Notes: a model not told the origin generated them from the sequence alone. DNA of 13,876 nucleotides from Candidatus Krumholzibacteriia bacterium (GCA_041484665.1 JBGPIA010000035.1:1-13876), one strand, 5' to 3'; positions 1 to 8,316 are shown, counted from the first letter of the stretch. Made by a program: numbers and translations.

Positions 1-744
1 ATTACATCTATCGTGTATTGGACGAACGGGAGACAGAGCATCCTGCGTGCCGATGCCACGTCCAACGCGCACAACACCAACAACGCTGGAATCAACGACT
101 TGCGCGCGAGGTAGCAGCGCGGCGTGCGGCAGGTCGTTGACACCGGTGCCCGGCGATCAGGACACGTTTCGGCGCAAAGCTCGCAACTCGAATGCAAGCA
201 ATCGGATCGCTGGTGTACTGGAAACCGTGCACGTCACGGCCATCAGGACAGGTCTGCGCGATCCGCCGCGCACCAAGAGAGCACCCACAGCTCCAAAGAT
301 CCAAGACGCCGCCGCAGGCCAAACGACGCCACCGGGACAGCGCGCGGTGGGTCGCGTCATGCGGATTCCCTCACGCTGGCCCCACCGAAGAGAAATTGCT
401 TGATGAACTCGTTTTCGTTGTCGACGTGCCACTCGCGCAAGGGGAAGGGGAGTCGCAGGCGGATGCAATGGACCCCGGTGCGGACCTGGCGGTGGGTGAT
501 CCCCCCAAACCAAGTCTAGCTCGGTCCAGCTGGTGGCGACATCCACGGGTGTAAGCGTGGTGGGAGAGAGGCCGGTACCTGGGCTGCCGCGCCGCAGGGC
601 GACAGCGTTTCCGTAGACTCGCGGCATGCTGCTCCGGCGTTCGTCGGGTCATGATGCCTGTTTCCGGCCCGATGGCTCGGGTTGGGGCGTTCTGAGGCAT
701 CCACCCTTCGTTCGGTCGCCCTTTCAATGAGGCAGATCGCGTCC

Positions 745-774
745 TTGAAACCAGGCATGCGAGTGCGTTAGAGT
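745..774 (+). promoter_or_regulatory. Putative sigma70 promoter of the blaI-like operon
   Basis: TTGAAA (745-750), 18 nt, then TAGAGT (769-774). The implied start near 781 is about 9 nt before ATG 790, and no clear RBS is present (near-leaderless). Confidence 0.45.
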
Positions 775-783
775 GGGGCATGG

Positions 784-799
784 TGTCAAATGGTTGACA
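784..799. promoter_or_regulatory. Palindromic operator candidate TGTCAA-ATGG-TTGACA
   Basis: Perfect 6-bp inverted repeat straddling the repressor start codon. A related site occurs at 2785-2800. Confidence 0.6.
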
Positions 800-1182
800 G
801 GGCGAAGAAGGCTCCCCTCGACGTGAGCCGCCGCGAGAGGCAGATCCTCGAGATCCTCTACCGCCTCGGGCATGCGTCGGCCGCCGAAGTGGCGGCGCTC
901 ATGAGCGATGCGCCCACCTACACCACGGTGCGCGGACTGTTGCGCGTCCTCGAGAACAAGGGCTACATCCGACACGGAAACGACGGGGTCCGGTACGTCT
1001 ACTCTCCGATCATGCCCAAGACGACCGCGGGAGCGTCCGTCCTGGCGCATGTCGTGCGCACGTTCTTCAACGGTTCCCCCGCCGAGGCGATGGCCGCGCT
1101 CCTCGGTTCCACCTCCGGCGTGTCGGACGAGGATCTCCGGCGTCTGACGCGACTGGTCGAGCGCGCCCGCAAAGGACGGTGA
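790..1182 (+). CDS. BlaI/MecI/CopY family transcriptional repressor
   Basis: 130 aa. Winged-helix motifs SRRERQILEILY, TYTTVRGLLRVLENKGYI and RYVYSP, plus the C-terminal VRTFFNGS...LL dimerisation region. Lies directly before an M56 peptidase. Confidence 0.95.
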   Translation: MVDRAKKAPLDVSRRERQILEILYRLGHASAAEVAALMSDAPTYTTVRGLLRVLENKGYIRHGNDGVRYVYSPIMPKTTAGASVLAHVVRTFFNGSPAEAMAALLGSTSGVSDEDLRRLTRLVERARKGR

Positions 1183-1185
1183 CGG

Positions 1186-2745
1186 ATGCCGGTCGATCTC
1201 CTCCTCCTGATTTCGGCGGCCAAGGCGGCCCTCCTGGTCGCGGCGGCGCTTGCCCTGGTGGGTCTGGCCCGGCGGGCCTCGGCCGCGATGCGGCATGCCG
1301 TCCTCTTCGCGGCCATGGCCGGCGCGCTGCTCCTCCCGTTGCTTGCGGCGACGCTTCCGGCGTTCTCTCCCGTCTCGCTTCCAAGCCGCCCCGCCTTCCA
1401 TCGTCCGGCGCCGCAGCACTTGAGTGACGTATCGATCGCGCTCGTTCTGGTCCGCTCGGATGCGGTCTCACAGCTCCCGGTGCGACCAGGAGAGCGGGGG
1501 GCGGCGAGCCGGCGCCGTGCAATCCTCGCGGTCTGGCTGCTCGGAACGGCGGTCATGCTGTACCGGATCGTGAGGAGAGTCTCCGCGGCGCGAAGAACGC
1601 TCTCCCGCGCGATGATTCCCGGGAGCTTCGGCCCCGGCGTTCGGGTGGTGGAAAGCGCCGAGATCGACGAGCCGCTCACCGTGGGCTTCGTCCGGCCGGC
1701 CATCCTGCTCCCCATGGGTTCTGCGTTTGAGAGGGAGACGTTCCGGTGGGTCATCGCGCACGAGCTTCGGCATATCGAGCGGAGGGACTGCCTCACGCAG
1801 CTCGTCGCGCGCCTCGCGTGCGCCGTCTACTGGTTCAATCCGCTGGTCTGGCGCGCCGCGGAACGGATCGCCCTGGAGCAGGAGCGAGCCTGCGACGACG
1901 GCGTCCTCGCTTCCGGCGCGGATCCAATCGGCTACTCGGAGCTCCTCATCGACGTGGCCCGGCGACGCGCGGGGACGGCCGTACCCCTTCCGGCTGCACC
2001 TGCAATGGCGCGACCGGCGCACCTCGAGAGGCGGATCGTCGGAATTCTTGACGCGTCGGCACCCCGCGTGGGGGTCTCGCGCGCGCGCATTGTCGCGCTC
2101 GCGCTCGCCACGTGCGCCATCGTCGCTCCGCTCGCCTCCTTTGCCATCCACGACCGGCCTCCGCGGGACGCCACTTCGGATCCCTACCTCGATCCGCAGA
2201 CCGAACGGGTCCCTGGAGTCCGTGAGCTCGATCCGTCCACTGCGAACGAGGAGCCGGGGACCGCCGACGGCGCCTTGATCACGAAACTGCGCGGCGCGGC
2301 GGCGCGCGAGCCGGAAGGCCCGGGCGACCTCGTTCCCGACCGGGCGCGGTGGGCGCTCTCGCAGGTGGGCGGCGGCCGGATCATCGAGCCCGTAATCGAA
2401 GCGCTCCAGCATCCCGACTGGCGGGTCCGCGGTTACGCGGCCTGGGCGCTCGCCGTGAGCGGCGATCCACGCGGAGTCGAGCCGCTCCTCCCGCTTCTGG
2501 ATCACCCTGTCTGGCGGCTTCGTGCCATGGCGGCGTACGCGCTCCGCGCGATCGGCGATCCGAGCGCCGCGCAAGCCATGACCGGCGGTCTCAAGGACCC
2601 GTCCTGGCAGGTGCGCATCGAGGCGGTCGCGTTCCTGGGAGCGCTCCGGGACCCGAGCTTCCGGGGACGGATCGAGCCGCTCCGGAATGACCCCCACCTC
2701 GCGGTCCGCCTCGCGGCCGACGAGGCCCTGAGCACGATCCCGTAG
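1186..2745 (+). CDS. BlaR1/MecR1-type M56 zinc metallopeptidase with C-terminal HEAT repeats
   Basis: N-terminal TM helices; PLTVGFVRPAILLP, HELRH (HExxH), WFNPLVW, ERACDDGV and LERRI motifs. A further TM helix is followed by about 4 HEAT/PBS repeats (e.g. ALQHPDWRVRGYAAWALA, LLDHPVWRLRAMAAYAL). AAAGGA RBS upstream. Confidence 0.93.
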   Translation: MPVDLLLLISAAKAALLVAAALALVGLARRASAAMRHAVLFAAMAGALLLPLLAATLPAFSPVSLPSRPAFHRPAPQHLSDVSIALVLVRSDAVSQLPVRPGERGAASRRRAILAVWLLGTAVMLYRIVRRVSAARRTLSRAMIPGSFGPGVRVVESAEIDEPLTVGFVRPAILLPMGSAFERETFRWVIAHELRHIERRDCLTQLVARLACAVYWFNPLVWRAAERIALEQERACDDGVLASGADPIGYSELLIDVARRRAGTAVPLPAAPAMARPAHLERRIVGILDASAPRVGVSRARIVALALATCAIVAPLASFAIHDRPPRDATSDPYLDPQTERVPGVRELDPSTANEEPGTADGALITKLRGAAAREPEGPGDLVPDRARWALSQVGGGRIIEPVIEALQHPDWRVRGYAAWALAVSGDPRGVEPLLPLLDHPVWRLRAMAAYALRAIGDPSAAQAMTGGLKDPSWQVRIEAVAFLGALRDPSFRGRIEPLRNDPHLAVRLAADEALSTIP

Positions 2746-2784
2746 AACCATGAGCTCGAAGGTACAAAGCTGTCTGGCTCCAAG

Positions 2785-2800
2785 TGTTATTTTTTTGACA
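2785..2800. promoter_or_regulatory. Second operator candidate TGTTAT-TTTT-TTGACA
   Basis: Same 16-bp geometry and the same flanks (G...GG) as 784-799. Abuts the GGAG RBS of the hydrolase and overlaps a possible extended -10 (TGtTATTTT). Confidence 0.5.
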
Positions 2801-2809
2801 GGAGACGCC

Positions 2810-4330
2810 ATGATGACTGGATTCGCCGCGTTCGTCGCCATCACGCTCCTCTGCGCTCTCCCGGCGCCGGCGCTGCCTTCACCGCCTCGCGGGATGCCGC
2901 CCGCACTGGACCGGTACATCGCAAAGGCGGTGCGCGAGTGGGATGTCCCAGGCCTCGCAATCGTGATCGTGAAGGATGATCAGGTCCTCGCCGCCCGGGG
3001 ATACGGCGTGCGGGAGCTGGGGAAGCCGGAGCAGGTCGACGGCGAGACGATCTTCGACATCGCGTCCCTGGCCAAGTCGTTCACGGCGGCCGGGGCCGCA
3101 GTGCTGGTGGACGAGGGCAGGCTGGGGTGGGATGACCGGGTGCGGGAGCGCCTTCCCGCCGTCACCTTCTCCGATCCGTATATCGACCACGAGGTGACGC
3201 TTCGCGATCTGCTCTCCCACCGGACCGGGCTGCAGCCAGCGAACGCGATGTTCCGCTTCACGGGATACGATCGGAGCGAGGTCCTCCATCGAGTCCGCTT
3301 CCTTGCGCCCCGGACTCCCTTTCGCGCCGACATGGTCTATTCGAACGTCCTCTACACGGTCGCGGGCGAGCTGACCGCCGCCGCGGCGGGCACGACCTGG
3401 GCCGAGCTGATCCGACACCGCCTCCTCGAGCCCGCCGGGATGCTGGCGACAACGGTCGAGACGCGCCCCTCGGGCCCCAACGTCGCCCGGCCCCACGCGG
3501 TCCTCGGCGGCGTCCAGCAGCCGATCCGCCCGTTCGACTACACGATGGTCGGCCCCTCCTCCAGCATATTCACGAATGCCGTGGACCTCGCGCGCTGGCT
3601 GCGCCTCCAGCTCAATGACGGCCTGCTCGACGGCAGGCAGATCGTGAGCCGCGCGTCGATGACGGAGATGCACTCGCCGCAGATCATCATCCGGACCACG
3701 CCCGAGATGCGTCGCGCGCGCCTCGTGGAGCATTTCGCCAGCTACGGGCTCGGCTGGCAGGTCATGGACTACCGCGGCGAGCCGATGCTGTGGCACAGCG
3801 GCAACGCCGACGGGATGCCTTCGTACATGGCGCTCCTCCCGAAACAGAAACTGGGCGTCGCGGTGCTGATCAACACGTGGGGCGCGCCCACCCTGCATGG
3901 CGCGCTCGCCGCCCGGATCATCGACACCTACCTCGGCGCGCCGCCGCGCGACTGGAGCGGCGAGGCCCTGACCCGCAACCGTGGCGCGGCGGCGCGGGAC
4001 GCCGAGACGAGAAGATCGATCGCGGCGCGCCAGGCGACGGCGCCGAAGGCGGAGCGGCCTCCGGAGGAATACGCCGGCGTCTACGAGGCGACTCTGTATG
4101 GGAACGTTCACGTGCGGGTCGAGGCGGAGGCCCTCACGCTCCAGATGGCCGAAGGCGAAGTCGCCGACCTGTCACCCTGGGATCACGACACGTTCCTCGT
4201 GACCTGGCGCGACCCGGTGTTCCGGGAGGACTCCGCCTGGGCTGTTTTCAGCGTCGACGACGACGGCCATGTCAGCCGCCTCTCGATGTCGCTCGGGCAG
4301 GACAAGATCGAAGCGGCGCGCCGGCCGTAG
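2810..4330 (+). CDS. Secreted serine hydrolase, class C beta-lactamase/AmpC-like, with DUF3471-like C-terminal domain
   Basis: Start moved to ATG 2810 (GGAG at 2801-2804). Signal peptide, SxxK (ASLAK), LLSHRTGL, YxN (YSN), WHSG, and C-terminal EEYAGVYEATLYG...LSPWDHDTF. Confidence 0.92.
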   Translation: MMTGFAAFVAITLLCALPAPALPSPPRGMPPALDRYIAKAVREWDVPGLAIVIVKDDQVLAARGYGVRELGKPEQVDGETIFDIASLAKSFTAAGAAVLVDEGRLGWDDRVRERLPAVTFSDPYIDHEVTLRDLLSHRTGLQPANAMFRFTGYDRSEVLHRVRFLAPRTPFRADMVYSNVLYTVAGELTAAAAGTTWAELIRHRLLEPAGMLATTVETRPSGPNVARPHAVLGGVQQPIRPFDYTMVGPSSSIFTNAVDLARWLRLQLNDGLLDGRQIVSRASMTEMHSPQIIIRTTPEMRRARLVEHFASYGLGWQVMDYRGEPMLWHSGNADGMPSYMALLPKQKLGVAVLINTWGAPTLHGALAARIIDTYLGAPPRDWSGEALTRNRGAAARDAETRRSIAARQATAPKAERPPEEYAGVYEATLYGNVHVRVEAEALTLQMAEGEVADLSPWDHDTFLVTWRDPVFREDSAWAVFSVDDDGHVSRLSMSLGQDKIEAARRP

Positions 4331-4417
4331 AAGCTCGGGCCCCGGCGCCCGCGGGCAAGCTTCCGGAACGCATCGCATCCGTTCCCGACGCCTTCTGATT
4401 GCGCCCGTGCAGCCGCG

Positions 4418-4728
4418 CCTCGCCTGCCGTTCACCGCCGTGGCGTACGCGCTCGGGAGTGCCGACGGCACTGTCGGGGCCAGTTCCATTGCGGGCAACGC
4501 CATGGAGAGCCCGCACCTAGTTCTTGCCTCGGTGACCCCCAACAAACTCGACACCACAGGGAGCTCTTGGGTCAGAGTCTGGTGTTCAACGGGAGCTCGT
4601 TCGTGTGGGGAGCTCCTTTGGACGCCGAGTTGGCTGCCGTTCGGACCTAGGCGGCGCCTTACCACATCGCACTCGCTTGGGACGGTACTGCATACAGTTT
4701 TTTCAATTCGTATCGGGAGCCTACATGA
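4418..4728 (+). pseudogene. Decayed fragment of a fibre-like surface protein, same family as 4832-6175
   Basis: Reads PRLPFTAVAYALGSADGTVGASSIAGNAMESPHLVLASVTPNKLDTTGS, then a frameshift near 4566, then LGQSLVFNGSSFVWGAP..., TAG at 4648-4650, and AAPYHIALAWDGTAYSFFNSY. No N-terminal domain or start signal. Confidence 0.6.
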
Positions 4729-4801
4729 GCCAGCTGTGATCGGCGCAGGACCTGCGTACGTGCCGTAGCAGCAGCCAGAGGGTGGTGAGCACGACCGGCA
4801 C

Positions 4802-4828
4802 GATCGGGCCCGGTTCGGCCTCCCGATC
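4802..4828 (-). terminator. Hairpin just after the stop of the minus-strand fibre-like gene
   Basis: GATCGGG (4802-4808) pairs with CCCGATC (4822-4828), 3 nt from the stop codon. No U-tract. Confidence 0.35.
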
Positions 4829-4831
4829 TGA

Positions 4832-6175
4832 CTACTTGAGCACGACGACATCCGCCGTGTTCGACGGCGCGTCGATCGTCAGGCTACTTGCGTTGTAGAG
4901 CGTGACCGCAACGCTGTTGGTGTTGACACGCGTTGTCGCAATGACGAGGCCGGACGGAAGACCCACGCGCGGGTTGAAGATCGCCACGTCTCCGACGGCT
5001 GCGCCGCTGACGAGGACCCCTATGCCGACGCTTGCGCCGGCGGCGACGCTCGGTGGGTCGAAGACCGCTGAGACCTTCAGGCGTTGGTACGCCGTCGTCT
5101 GGATTGAGCCGTCGGGAAACTTGATGCCATCGGTCCCAGCTGTGCCACCAATCTCGAGCTTGGCCGTTGGACTGGCGGTGCCCACACCCACGTTGCCGCC
5201 TAAGGCATTGAGACTGAGCTTGCTCGCCACGCCGCTTGCGACCGCCTGCAGATCATTGGTGTCCAGCAGCAGGCTCGCGCCGGCCGTCGTCCCGATTCGC
5301 AGACTCCCCCCCGTGACGCCCGCCGTGATGGGGTTGTCGGTGTTGATGTGCAGCGGATTGGCGGGCGTGAAGAAGTCCTGCCCCAGCCCGACCCGCCCCG
5401 CCCCATCGATCACCATCCGCACGGTGTTTCCCTGCACAATGAACTCGAATCCATGCGGCACGAGCACGTTGTTGAAGAGAATCCCGCCGGCATACTGCTC
5501 GGGGAAGGGCTGCGTGAAGATGATGCCCGCCTGTGCGTTGGATGGCATGGCCATCCTGACGAAGTTGTCCACATTGCGCTCGAGCACGAGCGTAGATCCG
5601 CCGTCGATCACTGCTCCAGCTGAGCCGTCCGGCAACGTGCAGCCGGCCGGCCGCAAACGGCGAGTTGATCGCAACATCCCCGAAAGCGTCGACGCTGAGC
5701 ACGTTCGTGGGACTGCCATCGGCGGCATCGAGGGCGTGACCGTTCGGCGCGATCAGCGACCGGATCGCGTATGGTGCGGGCGTGAGCGGTTGGCGGGGGG
5801 AAAGCGTCGTGTAGCTCCCGCCGGCGCAGTTGCCGGGTGTGTTGTCGAGCCGGGTACCAATCTCGAGCCAACGGGCGCTGCCCTCAAACGCGGCGGCGCC
5901 GAAGTCGAGCGCGGCCGTGAAGAGCCCGTCGACCACACTGGCGCCGTCCACGCAGAGTGTAACGCCCACCTGGGTTCCGCCCGTGGGCGGGACGCCGCTG
6001 CCCGGAGCATCGAAGAGCCGCAACTGCAGGTCATAGGTCCCGTTCGCCGGCGGCCCACCATCCGTGAGGCGCCCCTGGTAGGTGAACGCGGTCGCGAGCC
6101 GCGTCTGCGCATAGGCGATGCCTGTTGCGGTCAGCAACACCAGCCCACTGGCGATGAGAGTGCGACAACGACCAA
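4832..6175 (-). pseudogene. Frameshifted secreted fibre/adhesin-like protein (about 447 aa when reconstructed)
   Basis: ORF 5253-6140 gives a signal-like segment and TAFTYQGRL...LDFG...RWLEIG...SPRQPLTPAPYA...RLHVA. ORF 4832-5728 continues DGSAGAV...GNVGVGTASPTAKLEIGG...GIKFPDGSIQTTA and a phage-fibre-like tip (FDPPSVAAGAS...GAAVGD). There is one extra base at about 5629-5632. The likely TTG start at 6175 is one base out of frame. Could be an assembly error. Confidence 0.75.
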
Positions 6176-6520
6176 GAGAGGGGTCCCTTTGCTGGCCGGT
6201 GCAGAGCCCGCGGGTCCGATTCCCGTCGTGGTATAGCGTCTGGTCCCGGTGGGGGGGCCATGGGCGATGACGGCGGCGACCGGCGACGCGCGGAACGCAG
6301 CGGCTGCCTGTTGAGTTTGGCGGGCGAGCGCGTCTCCCGCGAGCATCCGGCGCGCGATCTGGGCTTTGCCGACGGTTCGGCGGACGATTCCCCGGCTTGG
6401 AGTGTCGAGACCCTGCGAAGCCCGTGGATCGTTGATGGTATCCACCGCGCGTCGACGCTTCGCCTCACGCGGCGGCGTCTCCCCCCCGGCCGGGCGCTCG
6501 CAACAACGCAGTCCCGAAGC

Positions 6521-6590
6521 GGCCCCGACCCGTCCCGAGCAGTCTCGCGCAGCGCCGAGCAGGGTCGAGCAGGGTCGAGGCGCGACGAGC
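6521..6590. repeat. Degenerate 10-bp tandem array (about 7 units, consensus nGnsyCGAGC)
   Basis: ggccccgacc/cgtcccgagc/agtctcgcgc/agcgccgagc/agggtcgagc/agggtcgagg/cgcgacgagc. Confidence 0.6.
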
Positions 6591-6600
6591 GCTGTCGGCC

Positions 6601-7533
6601 TCAGCCTGCCGACTGCGCTCCTTCGCGCTTCAGCAATGCGGTCGCCAGGGTCACCATCGAGCCGATGTCCGCCAGGTTCGCCGGGATCACGAAGGTGTTC
6701 CCCTGCTGTGCCAAGCGCCCGAATTCCCGGATGTACTGCTCCGCGACCCGCAGGCGCATCGCCTGATCGCCTCCGGGAGCATCCAGCGACGCGGCGACGC
6801 GGCGCAGACCCTCCGCCGTGGCGGTCGCCACGGCCAGGATCGCCTCCGCCTGACCCTCGGCCTCGTTGATCTGGCGCTGCTTCGTGGCCTCGGACTCCTT
6901 GATGACCCGCTGCTTCTCACCCTCGGCCTGGTTGATGCGCGCGTCGCGCTCGCCTTCCGACGTCAGGATCACCGCGCGCTTCTCCCGCTCCGCGCGCATC
7001 TGCTTCTCCATCGCAGTGAGCACGTCCTTGGGCGGTGTGATGTTCTTGATCTCGTAGCGGAGCACCTTCACGCCCCATGGCTCGCTGGCCTTGTCCAGCT
7101 CCTGCACGATCGCGGAGTTGATCGCGGCACGCTCCTCGAAGGTGCGGTCGAGGTCGATCTTGCCGACCTCGCTGCGCAGCATGGTCTGGGCGAGCTGCGT
7201 GATGGCGAAGCGATAGCTGCCGATCCCGTAGGCGGCGCGCTGCGCGTCGAGCACTTTCAGATAGAGGATGCCGTCCACGGCGACCTGTACGTTGTCGCGC
7301 GTGATGCAAACCTGCTCCGGGATGTCGGTGGCCTCCTCCTTCAGGTTGTGCCGGTACGCCACGCGCTCCACGAACGGCACGAGGATGTGGAACCCGGCCT
7401 GGAGGGTCCTGCGGTACTTGCCGAGGTACTCCACCACATAGGCGCTCTGTTGCGGGACGACGACCGCGGTCCGGGCGATGACGATCAGCACCAGGATCAC
7501 GACCACGAGAACGGGGATCAGGGTATGCGCCAT
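6601..7533 (-). CDS. SPFH/Band 7 stomatin-like protein (paraslipin/QmcA-like) with Band_7_C tail
   Basis: Start at ATG 7533 with GGAGG RBS; 310 aa. N-terminal TM helix, VVPQQSAYVVEYLGKY, CITRDNVQVAVDG, WGVKVLRYEIKNI, MEKQMRAEREKRA coiled coil, AEQYIREFGRLA...NTFVIPAN. Confidence 0.96.
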   Translation of the reverse strand: MAHTLIPVLVVVILVLIVIARTAVVVPQQSAYVVEYLGKYRRTLQAGFHILVPFVERVAYRHNLKEEATDIPEQVCITRDNVQVAVDGILYLKVLDAQRAAYGIGSYRFAITQLAQTMLRSEVGKIDLDRTFEERAAINSAIVQELDKASEPWGVKVLRYEIKNITPPKDVLTAMEKQMRAEREKRAVILTSEGERDARINQAEGEKQRVIKESEATKQRQINEAEGQAEAILAVATATAEGLRRVAASLDAPGGDQAMRLRVAEQYIREFGRLAQQGNTFVIPANLADIGSMVTLATALLKREGAQSAG

Positions 7534-7649
7534 GTTCGTGCCTCCTACGGGGATGAAATGCGTCACGGGGACCGCGGAGCCCGCGCCAAGCTGGCGCTCA
7601 GACCATCGGCCACAACCCGCAGAGCCGCGGCAAAGCGACGGTCGCCGCC

Positions 7650-8081
7650 TCAGCTTGCGCCGCGCACGTGGAGCGTCAGCCCCTCGACCTTCTCCACCGT
7701 GCAGCGCTCCCCCGCGTGCAACGGGCCTGCGCCTGCGTTGTGGAGGTTCCACACGGAGCCGCGCAGCTCACCTCGGCCGATTCCGCCGGCGGGCATCTCC
7801 GCGCTCACCAGTACGGTCTCGCCGACCAGATCGGTTCCCTCCGGACCGCGTTGCCGGCCCAGCGCACGCCGCAAGCGGGGGCGCAACAGCAGCAGCGACG
7901 CGACCGAGAGACCGGCGAACAGAAGCCACTGGGCCCAGGCCGGTGGATGGATCCCGCCGAGCATCACGAGCCCGACGATCAGGGCGGCGGCGCCGAAGAA
8001 GACCAGAAAGAAGTCAGTCGTGAGAACGGCCTCGGCGCCCAACAGAATGGCACCGAGGGCGATCCAGCTCCACCATGGCAT
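7650..8081 (-). CDS. Short NfeD family protein (YbbJ-like, SPFH partner)
   Basis: Start at ATG 8081 after GGAAAGG; 143 aa. WWSWIALG...AE TM segment, two more TM helices, and OB-fold LVGETVLV...GRGELRGSVW...VEKVEGLTLHV. Adjacent to the SPFH gene. Confidence 0.93.
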   Translation of the reverse strand: MPWWSWIALGAILLGAEAVLTTDFFLVFFGAAALIVGLVMLGGIHPPAWAQWLLFAGLSVASLLLLRPRLRRALGRQRGPEGTDLVGETVLVSAEMPAGGIGRGELRGSVWNLHNAGAGPLHAGERCTVEKVEGLTLHVRGAS

Positions 8082-8131
8082 GAGAGCGCCCTTTCCGCGC
8101 GCGAGGGCATGCGGCGCGCGTGCGCGGACGA

Positions 8132-8161
8132 AGCATAGGATCAGCGGCCGGATGACGGCAA
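8132..8161 (-). promoter_or_regulatory. Putative sigma70 promoter for nfeD-SPFH
   Basis: On the minus strand, TTGCCG (8161-8156), 18 nt, then TATGCT (8137-8132). Confidence 0.4.
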
Positions 8162-8197
8162 GGGCGGGTCTGTGGTTGGGTCTGCGGGCGGGTCTGT
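8162..8197. repeat. 3 x 12-bp direct repeat
   Basis: GGGCGGGTCTGT/GGTTGGGTCTGC/GGGCGGGTCTGT. Confidence 0.8.
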
Positions 8198-8290
8198 GAT
8201 CCTGCGCGATCCCCGCCCCTGCCTGCGCGAACCCCGCGCGGCGACCCACCTTCCCCCGGGCACTTGAAGCAGGAAGGTTTCGCTGCTGTC

Positions 8291-8316
8291 AACGGATCGC
8301 CATGGTGCTCGGTTCC
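8291..8316 (-). promoter_or_regulatory. ECF-type promoter GGAAC-N17-CGTT upstream of nfeD
   Basis: Minus strand GGAAC (8316-8312), 17 nt, CGTT (8294-8291). Canonical ECF geometry. Confidence 0.55.

Noticed and set aside
746..769. TGAAAC...CGTT as an ECF promoter before blaI
   Set aside because: Spacer is 14 nt rather than 16-17.
2750..2809. ORF-track N-terminal extensions (2750; also 7752, 8249, 10545, 10552, 11024, 12654)
   Set aside because: Better RBS-supported or homology-consistent starts lie downstream, and the extensions cross promoters, repeats or neighbouring genes.
1468..4111. Long antisense ORFs (1468-2919 and 2879-4111), likewise 4902-6236 and 11115-12467
   Set aside because: Shadow frames of real GC-rich genes; no motifs of their own.
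2810..4330. Naming the hydrolase ampC or calling it a resistance gene
   Set aside because: It has HSG rather than the AmpC KTG triad plus an extra C-terminal domain. The family includes esterases and peptidases, so activity cannot be inferred.
4336..4351. Terminator after the serine hydrolase
   Set aside because: Only a 5-bp GC stem and no U-tract.
6230..6260. G7 tract as a phase-variable promoter for the fibre-like gene
   Set aside because: Tract is short for such GC-rich DNA and the -35/-10 matches are poor.
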